Shown here: piece by piece, positions 50,696 through 64,000 of the stretch
How the letters are laid out: each line of letters starts with the position of its first letter
Position numbering within the stretch: position 1 is the stretch's first letter
Origin: Tubiluchus corallicola
Lineage: Eukaryota; Animalia; Priapulida
Length of the DNA: 64,000 bases
Direction: 5' to 3'
Assembly (NCBI GenBank): GCA_030141605.1
Contig: JAQGDQ010000950.1
Span: forward strand, 13,248-77,247
Program-made: the position numbers and the translations under genes
Notes under the pieces: generated by a model
The model's database searches: none
What the model was told of the DNA's origin: nothing
Seen by the model: only the letters and a program-made list of their open reading frames with translations

Positions 50696-51350
50696 CATAA
50701 CATAACATAACATAACATAACAACATAACATAACAACATAATATAACATAACATAACATAACATAACATAACATAACATAACAACATAACCTAACATAAT
50801 TTATTATCACCTACAAGAAATAAAAAGTACATGTAACAAAATGTGAAAAATTTACTGTTAAACATTTTTACGTGTTTGACATACAAAAAAAAATCATAAA
50901 ATCACTCACGCATCATGATTAGTAATAGAATTACAGTTAATTATAGGTTCATTATTTGAGGAGAGGTGAGTATAGATACCTTTCAAAACTGTGTGTTAAG
51001 TCCCCGACTCTATCTGAACGGATTTTTCACAGTAAATGTTTATAATATTAACCATATGATTGTCTAGTCTATTTTTGAACGAGTTTACACTAGTTGCTGA
51101 AACTACATGGTAAGGCAATCAAATCGATTCCACACATTAATACACCTCATAGCAAAAGAGTTACACGATTCCACACTGCTGTGAATCCTTGATGTCCTGT
51201 CTGTACAGTTCAAGACAGTTTCCACAAGTGTCATGGGTATGAATAAATGAAATTCTACATTTGCTATACCGTGGACAACATTGTAAACAGTTAACTAATC
51301 GCCCCTAAAACGTCCATATTCGTATGTATGCGTTGGAAGTTCTTGTAATT
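50696..51350 (-). mobile_element. 5'-truncated CR1-like LINE with a (TTATG)n tail
   Basis: The minus strand reads ELPT...RFRGD*LTVYNVVHG...SFAMRCINVWN...VVSATSVNSFKNRLDNHM, then aataaa and a pentamer tail at 50696..50800. Confidence 0.8.
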
Positions 51351-51541
51351 ATAGTTTTATGAAGTTCCAAGAACACTTAATTACCACTTAAAGTAATACA
51401 GCTACCTTTTACATGCCTTGCCAGTAATCAAGAGTGGATTAAAGGTTGCACGGGCCTACGGTTATCGAAAAACGACGGGCCTAAATGAAGGTACTCATCT
51501 ACAGGTCAGATTGTCATCAAACTGTAAAAATGAAATGTTAA

Positions 51542-51994
51542 CCCTTTCAGTCAAAAATTATTTTTTAATAAAAAATTTTTTTTTGACTTGGTACTTTTGT
51601 CCAGTATGTCCATCCTGTTTATACATAATAATTAATAATTAGCTTTTTCTACCTAAATATAGCCTATATCCCACGGGATACATTGGGATTCAATGGAAGC
51701 ATAAAATGTGCTTCATTTTGCAATTGCTAATAATTTTTTAAAGTATTTAAGACACTTAGTATGTGTGCTATGCTGATCTGTACAAAGTCGTCTCTAAAGT
51801 ACAGTACCTTGCGCAGTTTTTTATGCTATGTAGATTTTCTAGTTTGCCATTTTATCACCATTTTTAGTCTATTGTTATTGGCTTAAATCGAAATAACTAT
51901 TAACAGATCAAATAACTGTCAGTTTTAAAATTTTATTAATTTTAAAGGCAGAAAATATTCTTGTATCCCACGGGATACAACGGGTAGGAAAGGG
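51542..51994. mobile_element. Possible piggyBac-like MITE
   Basis: TTAA|CCCTTTC ... GAAAGGG|TTAA termini, with internal quasi-palindromes tatcccacgggatac at ~51667 and ~51964. Confidence 0.5.
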
Positions 51995-52374
51995 TTAATG
52001 TAGTTATGGAGCTGTTCTTCAGTTTATGTGTAGACCTATCAACAGCCTTGGTGATGAATGGGAATGATTTTGTTCGTCATGAATTTTCGCCTAGGTTAAT
52101 CAAGAAGCGAGTTACTATTCGTCATTGAGGCTACCTCTGATTCTAAAGGGTTGGACAAATAGAAGTATGCTGCACATGTCCAAATGTATTACTCTTTACA
52201 AGTGTTGAATTCTAAGTGTCTTATGTGTCCAAATGGCTCATGGGCTCAAATTGCCTATGTGGCCAAGACTACCTGAGTCCAAATGTTTTGTGGCCAAGCA
52301 TCCTGCGTGCAAAATGTGTGAGTGTTCAGTGAAAAACGTAATATTTGTGTACAATATAGGCTCGATCATTCAAC

Positions 52375-52535
52375 TGCTTACTAGTAATGTAAATTCATTG
52401 AAATAACTTTGTTTGTCCTGAATTTTCTGCTTACTAGTAATGTAAATTCATTGAAATAATTTTGTTTGTCATGAATTTTCTGCTTACTAGTAATGTAAAT
52501 TCATTGAAATAACTTTGTTTGTTGTGAATTTTCTG
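52375..52535. repeat. 53-bp tandem repeat x3
   Basis: tgcttactagtaatgtaaattcattgaaataa... at 52375, 52428 and 52481. Confidence 0.9.
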
Positions 52536-53215
52536 ATGACAAAACATTGAAGAACGAGAAGTGTGCAGTCTAAGTGTTCTAGACTTGTGAGAGTCTTACA
52601 AGTCAAATTCTTGTGTCTAAATGACCCAGGTGTCCAAATTACATATGTCTTGTCTCTAAATGTGCTGGTCTAATGTAGATCATCATTCATTACATCATTC
52701 CATTTTAAGCACTAATGTTTTTTTATCGCGATTCGCTTTAAATTTTCAGATTATCTCCATTTTGTTCTATCACTGTGTGGGACAATCTAACAAGCTCTGC
52801 TTTTTGATTGCCCGCAACACATTTACCTTCGTGTATAAGTGAACAGTATTTGAGGCTTTTCCTGTGCAGTATTTCTTGTTTGTATTATATCCATTGTAGG
52901 CCTATTCACTAGATATTGTATATGTAACCATTGTAAATGTGTAAGGTGAAATAAATGACTTATGAAATATTTTGTGTACAAAATAGGTTAAATCGTTCAA
53001 GTGCTTACTGGCAATATGCAAAAAATGTCCTTGTCTTTCACATATTCAGTTTAAAAGATTTTGTTATTCTATAAACTAAATAAGCATTATCTCTGTTTAT
53101 TAGTCATCGGTCTCAGGAGTCCGAGGACCTATGAAAATTTAGGGCCTGAGGTTATTGCCTTATATTAGGCTAATGGTTAATACATCCCCGCCAGTAATGT
53201 TATATTTGTTTACAG

Positions 53216-53359
53216 AGATAAAGATGGCATTGCTCCCGCATTTGCTCAAAAACCTTCAATTAAACAAGCAGATGATGGAAGCAAAATCATGTTCAGCTGT
53301 AGGGTTCTTGCGGACCCTACTCCAACTATTTCATGGTTTCACAATGACGAACCATTAAG
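53216..53359 (+). CDS. Internal coding exon of a twitchin/projectin-like giant muscle protein (N-terminal half of Ig domain 2)
   Basis: Acceptor ttgtttacag| and donor AG|gtgagt. Encodes DKDGIAPAFAQKPSIKQADDGSKIMFSCRVLADPTPTISWFHNDEPL, matching the recalled projectin/twitchin Ig2 pattern DGxAPxFAxKPxIxQxxDG...FxCRVxADPxPxIxWFHN. The supplied ORF track shows a different frame here. Confidence 0.9.
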
Positions 53360-54159
53360 GTGAGTTCACAATATTTTAATTACGATGCAATTGTGCAGAA
53401 TTTGCGCGTACGCGTGCGTGCGTGTGTGTATGCGCGCAATAAGTAATTTTGTTATGTGTAGCATGCGCGCTGTTGTTGGCGTCATAACCATCGTTAACAT
53501 GCTACTGAAACTGGTTCAAATTCGTCCGAGTTGAGTATGTTAACCTTTTAATTGTTCACATTAGTTTTCTGTTAACAAAGTACATAATTAATAATTAGTG
53601 AGTAGTTAGTTCGATTCATCTTAAACTGGTTATCTAAATTTCTAATGCTCTGATCCATATGTTCTACAGCTCTTTCTTTGTTCTAATATAGCTCTACTTT
53701 TATTTCTCAAGTCACATGCTTGTAAAATTATAAATTCTTAATTTTTTTCTTATCATCTGCAGCTGTGCTTATTACTATTGCACGTAATTAAGCACAGCTT
53801 GAAAATTGGCTTCAATTTGTTTGGCGTTTTCCTTTGTTAGATTGCCATCTACATGCATTTCGTAAGCAGCTTCAGCTTGGGTAACTCGCTCCAGCGTCAA
53901 AAATTATTTGCAGATGGGCAATAAATAGTATTCGACAATACTGCCACAAATCTTGACTCAGTGAACTATTTTAAAACATGAACTAATGGTTCCTTAGGCA
54001 TAAGTATTAAGTTCAGTGGTTCCTGAGGGGAGTATCTAGACTTTACGATGCCCTAGGCTGATAGTTCTGCCCCGCAGGTTGTTTTAGTAATGAGCGGTTT
54101 AAATAATTGCTTGTGGTGTATTAGAAACACTATTAACCAAGTATCTAAATATGAATATG

Positions 54160-54524
54160 AACGAGCTTTTTTAGTTCGAATTCGATTCGAACCTGAAATT
54201 ATAGAATCGAATAATTCAGCACTTCAGCCACGTATGCTCCTTATCATTAAGATGTTTGAAGCATCATGCAATTAGCACAATTTAGCTGCAATTTCTAAGC
54301 AAAATTTTTAATAAACTAATAGTGGTTTTACTGCAGAAGTAAATCAAGGGCTATGCACAATCTTTGTAAGACCACTTTCTACTAACAGTTTGACAACTTG
54401 TTCGAAAGTCATTCAAACTCAATTCAAAATCGATTCGGATTCGAAATACTGATATTCGATTCGAATTCGAAAGTCAAATTCGATTCGATTCGAATTCGTT
54501 TTCTGGTAAAGAACGCTCACCCCT
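54160..54524 (-). mobile_element. Diverged hAT-like MITE of the same family, in the twitchin intron
   Basis: Same TTCGAA-rich body in reverse orientation, ending gaacgctcacccctt; the other TIR is lost. Confidence 0.8.
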
Positions 54525-56941
54525 TCCGTCGATTCGCTTTTCTTTGTACGTGGTAACGGGAAGGTTTTTCTGCTGGGAGGAGTACTAGTGTGAAGAGGAT
54601 ACAGAAATCATGCTGCAATCCAGCTTGTGAGCAGCGCTGATTGTGAAAATGCGCAGCGCACTAGCGCCGGCTGCAAGAAGTACGACAAAGCGTGTTAAAA
54701 CCAGCTGAATTAGTCAAATGAATAGCGTTGGTTTAGTATTTTCCGTATATTTTCTCTTATTTTTAGTTCGATTTTGTTCCCGAGTTAGAATACGCTGCAC
54801 GTTAGCGATATTTAGGCATTTTTAGCAAGTAAATATTATTTATTTGTTATGTAACAATATGTGTATACCTAGCAATAGTATTACTGAAACTAAGCCTCGC
54901 TTAGAATTTCTATAACTGTCTAAGCTAGTAATTTTAATATTATTATAATTTTATAAAAGTTCTCAATTACTTGGAATAGGGGTGTGACGTTTATCAAATT
55001 CGTTAACTATTTTATTTACGTTTTCTTTTTAAATGAAATACGTCGGTTTCATGCAGTGTACCTATCTAAGTCTATCTTGTGTATCACGTATGTATGTTAG
55101 TATGTATGTGTGGGTGGAGAGGGAGTTTGAGTTACCACCTTATCATCTAATTAAACTCTGTACCTGATAATTGCACCTGTACCTGTCCGTCTAGCCCGTA
55201 GACGTCTTACTTTGTGCTTTGCACGCTTTAAGCTAATTTAATTTAGCTAGTTTCAATAGCTTAAAATCACGAGGAGTTAAACTATAGAATTCGTTGCCAA
55301 AAATACCTTTGAAGGTAGCTTATTTTCTGCTTCCAAAATACACAAAATGAATATACTTACTAAATGAATATACCTGTATTACATAACTTGTAAGACTAAT
55401 AAGCAAGCTAGCAAGTTTTTTTTCTTTTTTCTCATTTCCTAAGTAGTTGTTGCTCTTTCTCATACTTACTTTTTCTCTTAAATTTTTCTATATTACACTT
55501 TTTTGATACTTATTTTATCTTTCCATACTCTCAGTTTTTAACTTTACTCACTAACCTTGGTCAAATTCCCCTGTTAATAAGACCTCATTTGAAACTACTA
55601 CATATAATAATCATAATTACTGAATAATTGTATTGTTTTACTTAGATTTAGGTATCTAACTTTATTATTTTTTGTTTTCAGTTCTTTTTGGATAATTTGT
55701 ATCATTTATACTGTTTTTCTTATTTTTTTTTCTTATTTGTTTTTGTTTTTGTTATCTGCAGCATCACCGTTAATTCTTAATATACTAATTTATTTACAAG
55801 AAAGGGCAGGAGACTAGATGACCCTATGGTCCTTCCCTGCCCTGCTACATGATTATAATTACATAATATTTAAAAAACTTTTTATGTTAAACTAATTGGA
55901 GAAAATAAATGTTCTATGTTCTATATGTATGTTAATTTGTTGTACTCTGCATTGAAAAGTTTTAGTCTGCTTGCAGTCATTGCTTATGAAATGTATGTTA
56001 TAATATCAAACTGTTTATTGCATTGAAAAGTCGTGGCAGTAAATTTTAATATACGATTTTGCCAGATTTCCCTGCCGTACAATAAATTTAAGGGGGGGGG
56101 GGGGGGTCAATGCTGCTTTGGCATAATTTCACTTTTTCTGATGAGTTTTTGATTCGATTCGATTCGATCTATGATTATGTGGTACATATTAAACCTAGAA
56201 CTTTTGAAGCCATTTAACTTAATATTTCTCTGAAAGTGGTTTCTTGGCATTCACTTCCAAGTTTTTTTATTTTTCTCTTCGTAAATTTACAATAATTTGA
56301 CAATAAAATACACAAAAATACAAACGAACATGGGAGAAAGGGTGACGAAAAACCAAAGGTTAGCGAGTCAACCACCCTTCTCAGAAAGACAGTAAACAAA
56401 AAAGACGCTAATGACAGCAGAACACAACTATTAAAAAATACATAAACGTCCATAAATACAAAGAACAAAAATACAACAACAGCAAAAAAAAGAAAAACGA
56501 AAAACCAGTCGTTCCTAAATATAGTCTAGCATTAAACATAATTATATATGGTTCAAAACACAAAAGAGAAAAGAGAGAATATTTTAATGTTCAGAAAAAC
56601 AACATATGCAAGATAAAATTTCAAATGGCAAAAAGAAAGAAAAAAGGTAAAAAAGCAAGATAAATTGCCCTGACAATTGCAATACATTAATCAAAAAATT
56701 TTTGTATTTGAAAAATAAAAAATTTATGATCCAGATTTAATTATCATAACAGCAGAAAACAAATAACTGTCTGATTTAACAAATAAGCAATATTTTAAGT
56801 TTTTAAGCAATACTAAGAAAAGGCCAGAAAGATATATAAATGCACAATAAATTATCAAGTGTTTGTATTAGCAATCAAGCTGATAAGCATTAAAATAAAG
56901 CAAGACTATTTGCAAAGCATATCAAAATACATAAATTTAAA

Positions 56942-57554
<613 letters not shown>

Positions 57555-57722
57555 ATTCAAAGCAGTAAAGGAAAGGTTAGCAAGGTCATCCGTGGCCATT
57601 AATTAAACTGTGACACCTTCTAGATAGCCTGCAAGGCTGCATCATTTTACTACTCGGTTTACAAGCCTGGTTTAAGGTGGTTTAGCTCAGTTAGGGGGTC
57701 TGGGGGTGGTTCACGATAAGGC

Positions 57723-57955
57723 TTCCGTGTAGGGTCTGGCTGATGATACTTTTTTGCGTTTTAAGGGTCGTGATAAGTTTAATTTGTAACAAAAATTTAA
57801 AGTTTCATGCCTTAAATATTTTGTTTTTTTAAAATTAATTCCGTGTAGGGTCTGGCTAATAATACTTTTTTGCGTTTTAAGGGTCGTGATAAGTTTAATT
57901 TGTAACAAAAATTTAAAGTTTCATGCCTTAAATATTTTGTTTTTTTAAATTAATT
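57723..57955. repeat. ~116-bp tandem duplication
   Basis: ttccgtgtagggtctggct... occurs at 57723 and 57839. Confidence 0.88.
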
Positions 57956-58475
57956 ACATGTAGCAGGTAATTATCCACTCCAGTAAGATAGCTTATCCAT
58001 TAAAGCAGGAATTTGTATTTTACAAAATGTTAAATTAAACCTGATGAATTTTAGTAAGTACTCTGCTTATTATTGCCTTTGATATCTTACAAGAGTTTGA
58101 TAGGGAAGAAGTTACACTACTTAACTCTGTTGTTCTGTGTTTTAATTGGAGAGCTCATTCCTCAACAACTGTTTGTAGCGTGTTAGGAATTTTACTCATT
58201 CCTTAACAACTGTTTGTAGCGTGTTGGTAATTTTGTGATTTTTTTAACAACTGTTTCTAGCGTGTTAGGAATTTTACTCATCTTTAGTAGTTGGATGTGG
58301 TGGAAAGTCATCCATCCAGTTGAAAGCGTATTTAACATTTCCTAACTTGCTTGAAAATAGCACTGTCAGGAACTTAAGCAATCTGTGCTTGATCTGATAT
58401 TTGTTCAGAAGGGATTGATTACAATGTTGTGACCAATATACATTGCAGCATTACGTTGAAAACTATCATCTACAG

Positions 58476-58520
58476 CAGGGGTGTGCAAATTGCGGCCGGC
58501 GGGCCACTTGCGGCCCGCAA
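58476..58520 (+). mobile_element. Solo hAT (Charlie/Buster-type) terminus
   Basis: caggggtgtgcaaattgcggccggcgggccacttgcggcccgc matches the recalled terminal pattern; no partner end found. Confidence 0.5.
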
Positions 58521-58729
58521 AAAAATTGTAAAACCGCATCACGTACAGACGGTTGTGCTTCTCTGTATACTTACTAGTAAATAAACAGGGAGTGGTCAGC
58601 CTTACCGGAAATCAGCTCTGTGTTATTGGGCGTTACCATGACAACAGTGTTTACCTATACATGTGTTAGTTGTAGCATTAATTTGCAGTGCTAAAAACCG
58701 GGATTGTTGTTATATAAATTACGAAGTAA

Positions 58730-59063
58730 ATAAGTCAGTAAATAAGCAATTTATTGTTATTATAGCGCCATACATACAATGAAATTTACGTGGTTTTATG
58801 TATCTGTAACTGTATGTGGTGTGCTAGCTTTTATTTCAGATTTTTCATTATCTCAGCTTATAAGCAAGTAAGTAAGCAATTTATTGTCATTATAGCGCCA
58901 TACATACAATGAAATTGATGTGGTTTTACGTACAGCAATAAGTTATGGAAACAACAAGGAGATTAACACAAATAAGTCAATCAGTTGTTCAGTGACATAG
59001 AGAATTAATATTGAAGATTTACTGAAATTTACTGTTGATGGTGCGAATTGCAACGGGATGGAA
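58730..59063 (-). mobile_element. Another 3' end of the Rex1/Babar-like LINE, with the tail region duplicated
   Basis: Reverse-complement match to ~21105..21360. Confidence 0.8.
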
Positions 59064-59069
59064 GAATCT

Positions 59070-62000
59070 ATACCACATCTATGGCCTCTGGTCAAATGCA
59101 TTCTAACATTTTATCTACAGATAAGCTTCATGTAACTACAATCTTAGGAAGCCTTTGTTTCTTCTGAAAGTCTAAATCACAATGTTGAACGATACCACAT
59201 CTATGGCTTCTGGTCTAATGCATTCTAACATTTTATCTATAGATAAGCTTCATGTAACTACAATCTTAGGAAGCCTTTGTTTCTTCTGAAAGTGTAAATC
59301 ACAATGTTGGACGATACCACATCTATGGCTTCTGGTCTAATGCATTCTAACATTTTATCTATAGATAAGCTTCATGTAACTACAATCTTAGGAAGCCTTT
59401 GTTTCTTCTGAAAGTGTAAATCACAATGTTGGACGCTACCACATCTATGGCCTCTGGTCAAATGCATTCTAACATTTTATCTACAGATAAGCATCATGTA
59501 ACTACAATCTTAGGAAGCCTTTGTTTCTTCTGAAAGTGTAAATCACAATGTTGGACGATACCACATCTATGGCTTCTGGTCTAATGCATTCTAACATTTT
59601 ATCTACAGATAATCTTCGTGTAACTACAATCTTAGGAAGCCTTTGTTTCTTCTGAAAGTGTAAATCACAATGTTGGACGATACCACATCTATGGCTTCTG
59701 GTCTAATGCATTCTAACATTTTATCTATAGATAAGCATCATGTAACTACAATCTTAGGAAGCCTTTGTTTCTCCTGAAAGTGTAAATCACAATGTTGGAC
59801 GATACCACATCTATGGCTTCTGGTCTAATGCATTCTAACATTTTATCTATAGTTAAGCATCATGTAACTACAATCTTAGGAAGCCTTTGTTTCTCCTGAA
59901 AGTGTAAATCACAATGTTGGACGATACCACATCTATGGCTTCTGGTCTAATGCATTCTAACATTTTATCTATAGATAAGATTCATGTAACTACAATCTTA
60001 GGAAGCCTTTGTTTCTTCTGAAAGTGTAAATCACAATGTTGGACGATACCACATCTATGGCTTTTGGTCTAATGCATTCTAACATTTTATCTATATATAA
60101 GCTTCATGTAACTACAATCTTAGGAAGCCTTTGTTTCTTCTGAAAGTGTAAATCACAATGTTGGAAGATACCACATCTATGGCTTCTGGTCTAATGCATT
60201 CTAACATTTTATCTACAGATAATCTTCATGTAACTACAATCTTAGAAAGCCTTTGTTTCTTCTGAAAGTGTAAATCACAATGTTGGAAGATACCACATCT
60301 ATGGCTTCTGGTCTAATGCATTCTAACATTTTATCTACAGATAATCTTCATGTAACTACAATCTTAGGAAGCCTTTCTTTCTTCTGAAAGTGTAAATCAC
60401 AATGTTGGACGATACCACATTTATGGCTTCTGGTCTAATGCATTCTAACATTTCATCTATAGATAAGCTTCATGTAACTACAATCTTAGGAAGCCTTTGC
60501 TTCTTCTGAATGTGTAAATCACAATGTTGTACGATACCACATCTATGGCTTCTGGTCAAATGCATTCTAACATTTTATCTATAGATAAGCTTCATGTAAC
60601 TACAATCTTAGGAAGCCTCTGTTTCTTCTGAATTTCTAAATCACAATGTTGGACGATACCACATCTATGGCCTCTGGTCAAATGCATTCTGACATTTTAT
60701 CTATAGATAAGCATCATGTAACTACAATCTTAGGAAGCCTCTGTTTCTTCTGAATTTCTAAATCACAATGTTGGACGATACCACATCTATGGCTTCTGGT
60801 CTAATGCATTCTAACATTTTATCTATAGTTAAGCATCATGTAACTACAATCTTAGGAAGCCTTTGTTTCTCCTGAAAGTGTAAATCACAATGTTGGACGA
60901 TACCACATCTATGGCTTCTGGTCTAATGCATTCTAACATTTTATCTATAGATAAGCTTCATGTAACTACAATCTTAGGAAGCCTTTGTTTCTTCTGAAAG
61001 TGTAAATCACAATGTTGGACGATACCACATCTATGGCTTCTGGTCTAATGCATTCTAACATTTTATCTATAGATAAGCTTCATGTAACTACAATCTTAGG
61101 AAGCCTTTGTTTCTCCTGAAAGTGTAAATCACAATGTTGGACGATACCACATCTATGGCTTCTGGTCTAATGCATTCTAACATTTTATCTATAGTTAAGC
61201 ATCATGTAACTACAATCTTAGGAAGCCTTTGTTTCTCCTGAAAGTGTAAATCACAATGTTGGACGATACCACATCTATGGCTTCTGGTCTAATGCATTCT
61301 AACATTTTATCTATAGTTAAGCATCATGTAACTACAATCTTAGGAAGCCTTTGTTTCTCCTGAAAGTGTAAATCACAATGTTGGACGATACCACATCTAT
61401 GGCTTCTGGTCTAATGCATTCTAACATTTTATCTATAGATAAGCTTCATGTAACTACAATCTTAGGAAGCCTTTGTTTCTTCTGAAAGTGTAAATCACAA
61501 TGTTGGACGATACCACATCTATGGCTTCTGGTCTAATGCATTCTAACATTTTATCTACAGATAAGCTTCATGTAACTACAATCTTAGGAAGCCTTTGTTT
61601 CTTCTGAAAGTGTAAATCACAATGTTGGAAGATACCACATCTATGGCTTCTGGTCTAATGCATTCTAACATTTTATCTACAGATAATCTTCATGTAACTA
61701 CAATCTTAGGAAGCCTTTCTTTCTTCTGAAAGTGTAAATCACAATGTTGGACGATACCACATTTATGGCTTCTGGTCTAATGCATTCTAACATTTTATCT
61801 ATAGATAAGCTTCATGTAACTACAATCTTAGGAAGCCTTTGCTTCTTCTGAATGTGTAAATCACAATGTTGTACGATACCACATCTATGGCTTCTGGTCA
61901 AATGCATTCTAACATTTTATCTATAGATAAGCTTCATGTAACTACAATCTTAGGAAGCCTCTGTTTCTTCTGAATTTCTAAATCACAATGTTGGACGATA

Positions 62001-62359
62001 CCACATCTATGGCCTCTGGTCAAATGCATTCTGACATTTTATCTATAGATAAGCATCATGTAACTACAATCTTAGGAAGCCTCTGTTTCTTCTGAATTTC
62101 TAAATCACAATGTTGGACGATACCACATCTATGGCCTCTGGTCAAATGCATTCTAACATTTTATCTATAGATAAGCTTCATGTAACTACAATCTTAGGAA
62201 GCCTTTGTTTCTTCTGAAAGTCTATATCACAATGTTGGACGATACCACATCTATGGCCTCTGGTCAAATGCATTCTAACATTTTATCTATAGATAAGCTT
62301 CATGTAACTACAATCTTAGGAAGCCATTGTTTCTTCTGAATGTCTAAATCACAATGTTG
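59070..62359 (+). repeat. 122-bp minisatellite, ~27 units, intronic, abutting the splice acceptor
   Basis: Period 122 (gatacc at 59191, 59313, ...); unit ggacgataccacatctatggcttctgg...gtaaatcacaatgtt. Confidence 0.97.
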
Positions 62360-62367
62360 TATTTCAG

Positions 62368-62528
62368 TGATGGCGGACGATACTACATCTATGTTGACAA
62401 AGACGAGAAGTCGTATTTCTGTGGCTTGGACATATCTGATGTGAGTCTTGACGACGGAGGCAAATACAAAGTCAATGCCAAGAATGACCTTGGAGAGAGC
62501 AATGCAACTATCAACCTCAACTTTGGAG
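62368..62528 (+). CDS. Next coding exon of the twitchin/projectin-like gene (C-terminal half of Ig domain 2)
   Basis: Acceptor tatttcag| and donor G|gtatga. Phase-compatible with the previous exon (AG|T = Ser). Encodes DGGRYYIYVDKDEKSYFCGLDISDVSLDDGGKYKVNAKNDLGESNATINLNFG, with the I-set DxGxY motif and the twitchin-type KNxLGESNATIxLNF. Confidence 0.92.
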
Positions 62529-63687
62529 GTATGAGACCGGTCATAAAATAATTTCTTTTTCTCTCTCTTACCTGATGAGTTCAAAACATGCCAGTTGGGA
62601 GGGAAGAAAAAGGTTTTTTAAAGGCTTTGCAAATGTTTAAAGTTGAATCGTGAAATATTTTAATTCTGTTCAAATCAGTTTTGTTTCTTATTTCCACTGG
62701 TTAGGAAAAATGTTTTAAATTTTTTTGATACGGAGGGAGAAATTTTTTTAAAGCTTTATGAATGTTTAAAGCTGAATTGTGGAATATTTAAAACCAGTTG
62801 AAATCAAAGTCTGTTTATTTCCCACTGGTTAGCAGTAATGTTTTAAATTTTTTCAATTCACATTTTTTCATGCTTTGTGTTTTAGTTTCGCATTACTAAA
62901 TTATCGTATAATTATCGATTATTGTATAGCCTCTTTTTTGTATCATGAACGTGGTATGTTCTGATAATTATGGTATAAGCGACAACTTTTCAGTAAGCGT
63001 ATAGCAATAGGACTGTATCATGCCTATTATGAAGTGGGATACTTCCCCCAAGCCTCACTCTATTTCCTCACGCCACAAACATTTTTTTTTTATGTTCTCA
63101 CTCTCTCTGTCTCTCTTTCTCTCTCTCTCTCTCTCACCTCTCCACCTCTCTCTCTTTCTCTCTTCTGCTGCATGCTGCTCTGCTGCACACAAGTATTAAG
63201 GACTGGTCTTGAGAATAAAGCAGTTTTTCTTTCAATTGTTCTTTCCTTTAACAACTGTATAACTCCATATTTTCTCTCCGAAAATGCTTCTCCGGCATTC
63301 TAGCAGTTCAAAAATTTTACCGATGGGGCCTCACACGTCCCACTTCCCCGGGCCTCGCCTAGGCTGAAATAGGCCCTGGTAATGAGACTAGGACTTGATG
63401 CTGTTTCCAATTGAAAAAAAAGTTGAAGTTGAATAGCAATTTTGGTTTGTCGATTGACTCATTTTTGCTGCCCGCATCAGATGAATTCATGAAAAGATGC
63501 GCTGCTGGGCCCCCCCCCCCTCCCGGAGATTCGATGAAAGAGAAGCCCGCAGTTTGACGTTTTTGCTCTGGTTTATTAATAGACGCCCGGCGGTTGTGTT
63601 TTGAGGTTCAGGAAAGCGTTTAGCTGGCAACGGTTCTGGCAACGGTTAGCTTGTTGACTTTCTACACTATTCTTAGTAATGGATAAA

Positions 63688-64000
63688 TAATAAAACTCCA
63701 AGCTCTCCAAGGATACGTGCCCCAGCTAAGCATTGTCGGTCGATGTATATGGCAGGCCTGTAAAGATACATTGGTGTATCGAGTGAGTGAGTGAATGAGT
63801 GAGTGAGTGAGTGAGTGAGTGAGTGAGTGAGTGAGTGTAAGTGAGTGAGTGAGTGAGTGAGTGAGTGAGTGAGTGAGTGAATGAGTAAGCACATGAGTGA
63901 GTGAGTAAGTAATAAAACTCCAAGCTCTCCAAGGATACGTGCCCCAGCTAAGCATTGTCGGTCGATGTATATGGCAGGCCTGTAAAGATACATTGGTGTA
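63688..64000. repeat. Composite tandem repeat (~90-bp block plus (TGAG)n), continuing past the window end
   Basis: Block aataaaactccaagctctccaaggatacg...cattggtgta at 63688 and 63911. Confidence 0.88.

Noticed and set aside
53155-53358. 67-aa ORF from the supplied track
   Set aside because: Wrong frame; the Ig-coding exon lies in another frame bounded by splice sites.

Overview
AT-rich animal genomic DNA (protostome, probably lophotrochozoan), not prokaryotic. About 80% of the window is one giant inverted duplication. The left arm spans 1..~23,398 and the right arm ~27,229..50,673, around a ~3.8-kb spacer. The left arm runs off the window, so the outer limits are unknown. At its inner end each arm carries an intronless, relatively GC-rich 354-aa ORF (22113..23177 + and 27452..28516 -). 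The two copies converge and differ by two amino acids. The protein looks secreted (N-terminal hydrophobic stretch, sequons, polybasic site, CKC) and weakly resembles a cysteine-depleted noggin-like protein. To the right are two + strand exons (53216..53359 and 62368..62528) that splice into an Ig domain matching Ig2 of twitchin/projectin. No Ig1 exon is visible, so the palindrome and its gene pair may lie inside a twitchin intron. The rest is hAT MITEs with 8-bp TSDs, LINE 3' remnants (RTE, Rex1/Babar, CR1, L2/Crack), a tRNA-derived SINE, a satellite-carrying dispersed element, and 72-, 58- and 122-bp minisatellites plus many microsatellites. Most ORFs in the supplied track are repeat artefacts. 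All family assignments are from recalled motifs, not database searches.
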